A stretch of 64,000 nt of DNA from Felis catus (taxonomy: Eukaryota). Of this stretch, positions 59,074 to 64,000 are shown one piece after another; the first letter of the stretch is position 1; each line of letters starts with the position of its first letter. Under the pieces are notes generated by a model. It did not search any database and was not told the DNA's origin. It saw nothing but the letters and a program-made list of their open reading frames with translations. The DNA is taken from positions 18,352,001 to 18,416,000 of the forward strand of contig NC_058383.1 in the NCBI RefSeq assembly GCF_018350175.1, in the 5' to 3' direction. The position numbers and the translations under genes are program-made.

Positions 59074-62000
59074 CAGGGCTCACCTGAAACGGGGCTTGAG
59101 CTCACCCAATGTGGGACTGGAACTCCCGAGAGATCACGACCTGAGTCAGAGCCCCCCAGGTGCCCTCAGCCTATTTGTATCTTTCAATCTAAATTTCCCT
59201 TATTGTTTTATTTTGCATTGAGTACATATTGTCATATATCATTTTTTTTCTATAATTTTTTTTACTGATTTTTCATTTATTTTCCTAATGGTTGCTTTAG
59301 GGCTTACCATATGCATATTAACTAATCAGAATCTACTTTGAATTTATGCCAACTTAATTCCATGGGGATATAGAATGTTACTCCTATGTCACTCTATTCC
59401 CCCTTCCCATTTTTATGCTGTTAGTGTTAACACATATCACTACATGTTTCAAACCTGACAATACATTGTTATACATTTTTATAATTTTATGTCATTTAAA
59501 AAGCTGAGAAAAGAAAGAACAAGTATATATGTAGCATTTCCTTTTGTTTTGTTTTGTTTTTTTTTCTTTTAAGTAGGCTCCAACACCCAGCAGGAAGCTC
59601 AATACAGGGCTTGAACTCACGACCCTGAGATCAAGACCTGAGCTGTGGTCAAAAGAAAGGTGCTTAACCAACTGAGCCACCCAGGCACCATTTTATTTAG
59701 AATTCCTTATATTTATTCCACCATTTCTGGTTCTCTTAGTTTGTTTCTGTGGGTTCGTGTTACCATCTGGCATAATTTACTTACACCGATACAACTTTCA
59801 TCCCACCCACCTTCTTTGAGATGTTGTTGTCAAATATATTTTTACATGTTTTTATATATACATTTGTATATGTTATAGACCCAACAACACAATTATACGC
59901 ATATTGTTTTATACTATTGCTTTTAAAATCATTTAAGAGAAGAAAACAAAAATATGCATTCGTACTGACATAATGACATAATCACCTTAATTGGTACTTT
60001 TGTTTTTTGTGTGTGTGGATTTGAATTTCTGTCTGGGTTTACTTGCATTCGGCCTGATACATTTCTTAGTATTTCTTGTAAGGCAGGTCTGCTAACAAAT
60101 TTTCTCAGTTTTGTTTATCTGATAATATCTTAATTTTTATAAACGTTTTAAAAGTTTTTTATTTATTTTGAGAGACAGAGAGAGAGAGAGCAAGTAGGGG
60201 AGAGGCAAAGAGATAGAATCCAGGGCAGGCTCCACACTGTCAGTGCAGAGCCAAATGCAGGGCTTGAACTCATGAGCCATGAGACCATGACCTGAGCCAA
60301 AGTCAGATGCTTAACGTATCGAGCCACCCATTTTACCTTCATTTGTGAAAGATAGTTTTGCTGGATATAAGATTTATTGGTTGATTCTTTTTCTTTCAGT
60401 ACAGTTGATCCTTATTATTCACAGATTCTCTATTTGCGAATTGCTTACTTACTACATTTTATTGAGTGTGCTCCCAGCTGAGGTTGAACAGAGTGATGCT
60501 CTGCCCTCTTATTTCAGCTCTTGTAATAAACAAGTGTCCTTGTCGTGGTCTAGTTAGTGCCATGATTTTGAATTTTTGTGCATTTTATTGGTGTATTCAC
60601 TGTTTAAATAGTTCCCAAAAATAGTGTTGAAGTGCTGTCCAATGTTCCTACGTGCAAGAAGGCCATAATGTGCCTTAGGAGAAAAATACATGTGCTAGAG
60701 AAGGTTCATTCAGGCATGAATTATAGTGCGGTTGGCCATGAGTTTAACGTTAGTGAATCAATAATATATATTAAATAAGGTGTCTTTAAGCAGAAACACA
60801 CATAAAACAAGGTTATACAAACTTTGAAAAACATGAGTTTGAACTACACAAGTCCATTTGCACATGGAATGTTTTTTCAATAAATAGATTGGAAAATTTT
60901 TTGAAGATTGAAATTTACAATTTAAGAAAACTCGTAGATGTCCAGCTTTAGCTGAGGTCACGATCTTGCATTCATGGGTTTGAGCCCCGTGTTGGGCTCT
61001 GTGCTGACAGCTCAGAGCCTGGATCCTGCTTCAGATTCTGTGTTTCCTTCTGTATCTTCAGATTCTGTGTCTCTGCCCCATCCCTGCGAGTGCTCTGTCT
61101 CTCTTGGTCTCTCAAAAAAATAAAATAAATGTTAAAAAAATTAAAAAATAAAAACACATAGATACACCATGTAGCCTAGAAATGCCAAAAAATTAAGAAA
61201 AAGTTAGGTGTTGNNNNNNNNNNNNNNNNNNNNNNNNNNNNNNNNNNNNNNNNNNNNNNNNNNNNNNNNNNNNNNNNNNNNNNNNNNNNNNNNNNNNNNN
61301 NNNNNNNNNNNNNNNNNNNNNNNNNNNNNNNNNNNNNNNNNNNNNNNNNNNNNNNNTTGGCATCCCAACATCTGTGCTGTTCAAGGGTCAACCTTATATT
61401 GATCAGTTGACAAAAATATTGTGACCAGAGTCTGGCATGAACTTAACCTTGTATTTCCTCCTAAGAACAGCGATTTAGTATTTGCTAACTCAGTGTTTGC
61501 AGTGACTTTATAGAATATAACTACCATGAACAATGGGACTCAACTGTACTTTGAATATGTCATCCTACTGCCTCTGGCCTCCATCATTTTGGATAAGAAG
61601 TCAGTTGTTAATCTTATTGTAGATCCTTTGCATGTGATGCTTTTTTTTTTTTCTCTTAATGTTTCCAAGACTTTCTCTTTGTCTTTCAGTACTCTTACTG
61701 TTATGTTTCTGGGTGTGGATCTCTTTGTACTTATCGGTACATACATCGGAGTTCATTGAGCTTCATATTTTAGCAAATTTGGAAAGCGTTTAACCAAGTT
61801 TTCTTCAACTTTTTTTCTATTCTTTTCTCCTGTCCTCTGGTACTCTTATTACATCTATGCTGGTATTCTTTTTTCTTTCTGATGTTTATTTATGTATCTT
61901 GAGACAGAGAGAGAGAGAGAGAGAGAGCGCACATGCAGGGGAGGGGCTGAGAGAGAGAGGGGGAGAGAGAGAATCCCAAGCAGGCTCTGAACTGCCAGCA

Positions 62001-62700
62001 TGGAGCCCAACACAGGGCTCAATCTCACAAACTGGAGATCACTACTTGAGCCGAAATCAAGAGTTGGATGCTCAACCAACTGAGCCACCCAGGCACCCCT
62101 ATATTGGTATTCTTGAAGATGTCTCACTTTTCTCTGAGACTCCGTTCATGTTTCTTCATTTCATTTTCTCTCTGTTCTCTGGATTCCATAATCTCTATCT
62201 ATTTGTCTTCAAGTCTTCTGAGTCTTCTGCCGGTCCAGACCTACTGTTGAGTAATGAATTTTCCCTTTTGATTAGTGTACTTTTCAACTCCAGAATTTTT
62301 ATTGTTAAAAAATAATACTTTCTACCTCTTTATTGATATTCTCTATTTGATGAGACATTGTCGCCATGCCTTCCTTTGTTTCTTTAAGCATGGCTTTCTT
62401 TCGTTCTTTGAACATTTTTAGAAGGGCTACACTGAAGTCTGTTAAATCTGACATTTGGTTCCTCTCTCAGTCAGTGTCTGTAACCTGATCTTTTGCTTGT
62501 GTATGGGTCACACTTTTCTCTTTCTTTGTATGTCTCATAATTTTTGTTGAAAACTGGACATTTTAGGTAGTACATCGTAGCAACTCTGGATACCGATTCC
62601 CTTCTCCCTGCCTGGGTATTGTTTTTGTTGTTGTTTGCTTGTTTGTTTGTTCTCTGACTTGACTCTACTATTTTGGTTAGGCGTATTCCCACCCCCCACC
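58870..62700 (-). mobile_element. Old fragmented LINE-1 (5'/ORF1 region) interrupted by SINEs and Tigger-type DNA transposons
   Basis: ORF 61540-61746 PRNITVRVLKDKEKVLETLREKKKSITCKGSTIRLTTDF resembles L1 ORF1p; T-rich L1-like plus strand; SINEs at about 58940, 59545, 60155, 60945, 61870. Confidence 0.8.
60401..61546. mobile_element. TcMar-Tigger family DNA transposon remnant with a nested Tigger2-like piece and SINE
   Basis: Ends ta|cagttgatcc..att and ..ggactcaactg|ta (inverted ends, TA target). Inner gtttgaactacacaagtcca.. and ..tgttcaagggtcaac resemble Tigger2 ends. Confidence 0.6.
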
Positions 62701-63552
62701 CCCACCCCCCCAGTGGGAAACATTTGGTTTTGCTTCTCAGAGGGCATAGCCTTGGGCAAGTGCGCAGTCACTTTGGGATGATAGTAATTGTAGCAGGCTC
62801 TCTTTGATGGTGTCTTTCCCTGACTTCTCTGTTAAGCTGTCCTCTTCATGTGGTATCACACACTAACAGTTAGGCTCCACTAATTACTGACTGATGGCTC
62901 TATTGTTTGTGACAGTGCCCTGGGGCATATATTACATAGCATTCTGACCCAATTAAATTGGGGAGGGGTAAATTTGAGGCTGGTTTTTGAAGTTTGTCTT
63001 GACCTCAGGAGGGCTTTCCTTAGCAGTCTCTTTCCCAGGTTCTCTCTGGAGGATTAAATAGCCTATGGTTTAGCCTAGTGGGGAGCTATTGGCTTGGTTT
63101 TGTTTTTGAGAGTGCCCTTAGGCTTGAACTTTCACATACCTTGTCTCAAATAAAGTCAGTTCCTTTGTAGAAAGTCTCAGGTGTCTTTTCTTATGGACTG
63201 CCTGTCCCCTGGACAACTTCTCTGAGGTACTACTCTGGGCATCTGGTAGAGCCATAGCCTCTGGTCCTCTTGGACCAGAGATCCCTCAGGGACCACAGAT
63301 CCCTGCTCTGCGAGAAAGCAGGCATGAGGGCAGTCAGAACCTGATATTTTTTAGACTGTCACACCTGGGACAGAACCTCCATCCTATGAATAGAGGCTGG
63401 ATAAAGGAAGGAAGCCCCTTACCTCTCTGCCACACTCACTGGAAGTTGAACTTAGTTAGCTTGGAGTAGGAGGGGATGAGAAATGCTGAAAGCTTTCTCC
63501 TCCTTGTGAGATATAAGACTTGATTGGGAGCTTACGGGAGAGGGAACTGTAT

Positions 63553-63885
63553 CTTTTTTTTTTTTTAAGATTTATTTTTTTTTAATGTTTGTTTATTTTT
63601 GACAGAGAGAGAGAGAGACAGAGCATGAGCGGGGGAGGGGCAGAAAGAAAGGGAGACACAGAATCCGAAGCAGGCTCCAGGCTCTGCACTGTCAGCACAG
63701 AGCCCGACGCGGGGCTAGAACTCACAGACCGCAAGATCATGACCCGAGCCGAAGTCGGAAGCTCAACCGACTGAGCCACCCAGGCGCCTCTTTTTGAAGA
63801 TTTTAAAGTAATCTCTACACCCAGTGTGTACGACCCTGAGATCAAGAGTCACATACCCCACTAACTGAAACTGCCAGGCACTCTG
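63553..63885 (-). mobile_element. CAN-SINE inserted in the tail of a short SINE
   Basis: Full feliform SINE 63575-63790 followed by aagtaatctctacaccc..gagatcaagagtc. Confidence 0.8.
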
Positions 63886-64000
63886 GGAATCTCTTTTTGA
63901 CTACACGGACTCAAAATGGAGTTTCCCTCCAGCTGAGCTGGGGAGAGAGAGGGTGAGAAGCAGGGAGGGAATTGGTTGTGGCTCCTATGCCGCAGACTCT

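Noticed and set aside
53547-63845. Recurrent short ORFs such as MAQSVK..SAQVMISRSV..SVLTAQSLEPASDSVSP
   Set aside because: Translations of CAN-SINE copies, not a gene family.

Overview
Mammalian genomic DNA, most likely a feliform carnivore (many tRNA-derived CAN-SINEs of the cat-type SINEC_Fc form). The window is syntenic to the human 16p11.2 block: ALDOA (+), PPP4C (+), TBX6 (-), YPEL3 (-), GDPD3 (-), MAPK3/ERK1 (-), then a repeat-rich intergenic tail (about 51.5-64 kb). I reconstructed exon structures by hand from splice signals. TBX6 (436 aa) and GDPD3 (318 aa) are fully visible. ALDOA (364 aa), PPP4C (307 aa), MAPK3 (379 aa) and YPEL3 each need one coding exon that falls inside an N-gap. 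The main item the ORF track misses is a spliced 139-aa ORF upstream of ALDOA (coding exons 6873-6878, 7704-7847, 8042-8197, 12760-12873). It encodes a single-pass membrane protein with a 22-cysteine tail, and its last exon runs into the ALDOA N1/N2 leader exons, suggesting a bicistronic or giant-uORF arrangement. From memory it matches the uncharacterised human locus LOC112694756, so it is probably annotated but has no known function. Other notable items: a U12-type MAPK3 intron with a distant branch site, an in-frame retainable MAPK3 intron 7 (ERK1b-like), a GC-AG last intron in TBX6, an array of tandem 5' splice sites in YPEL3, a 24-bp nuclear-receptor-motif minisatellite in TBX6, and N-gaps sitting on conserved exons. 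No database searches were run; homology calls are from recognition.
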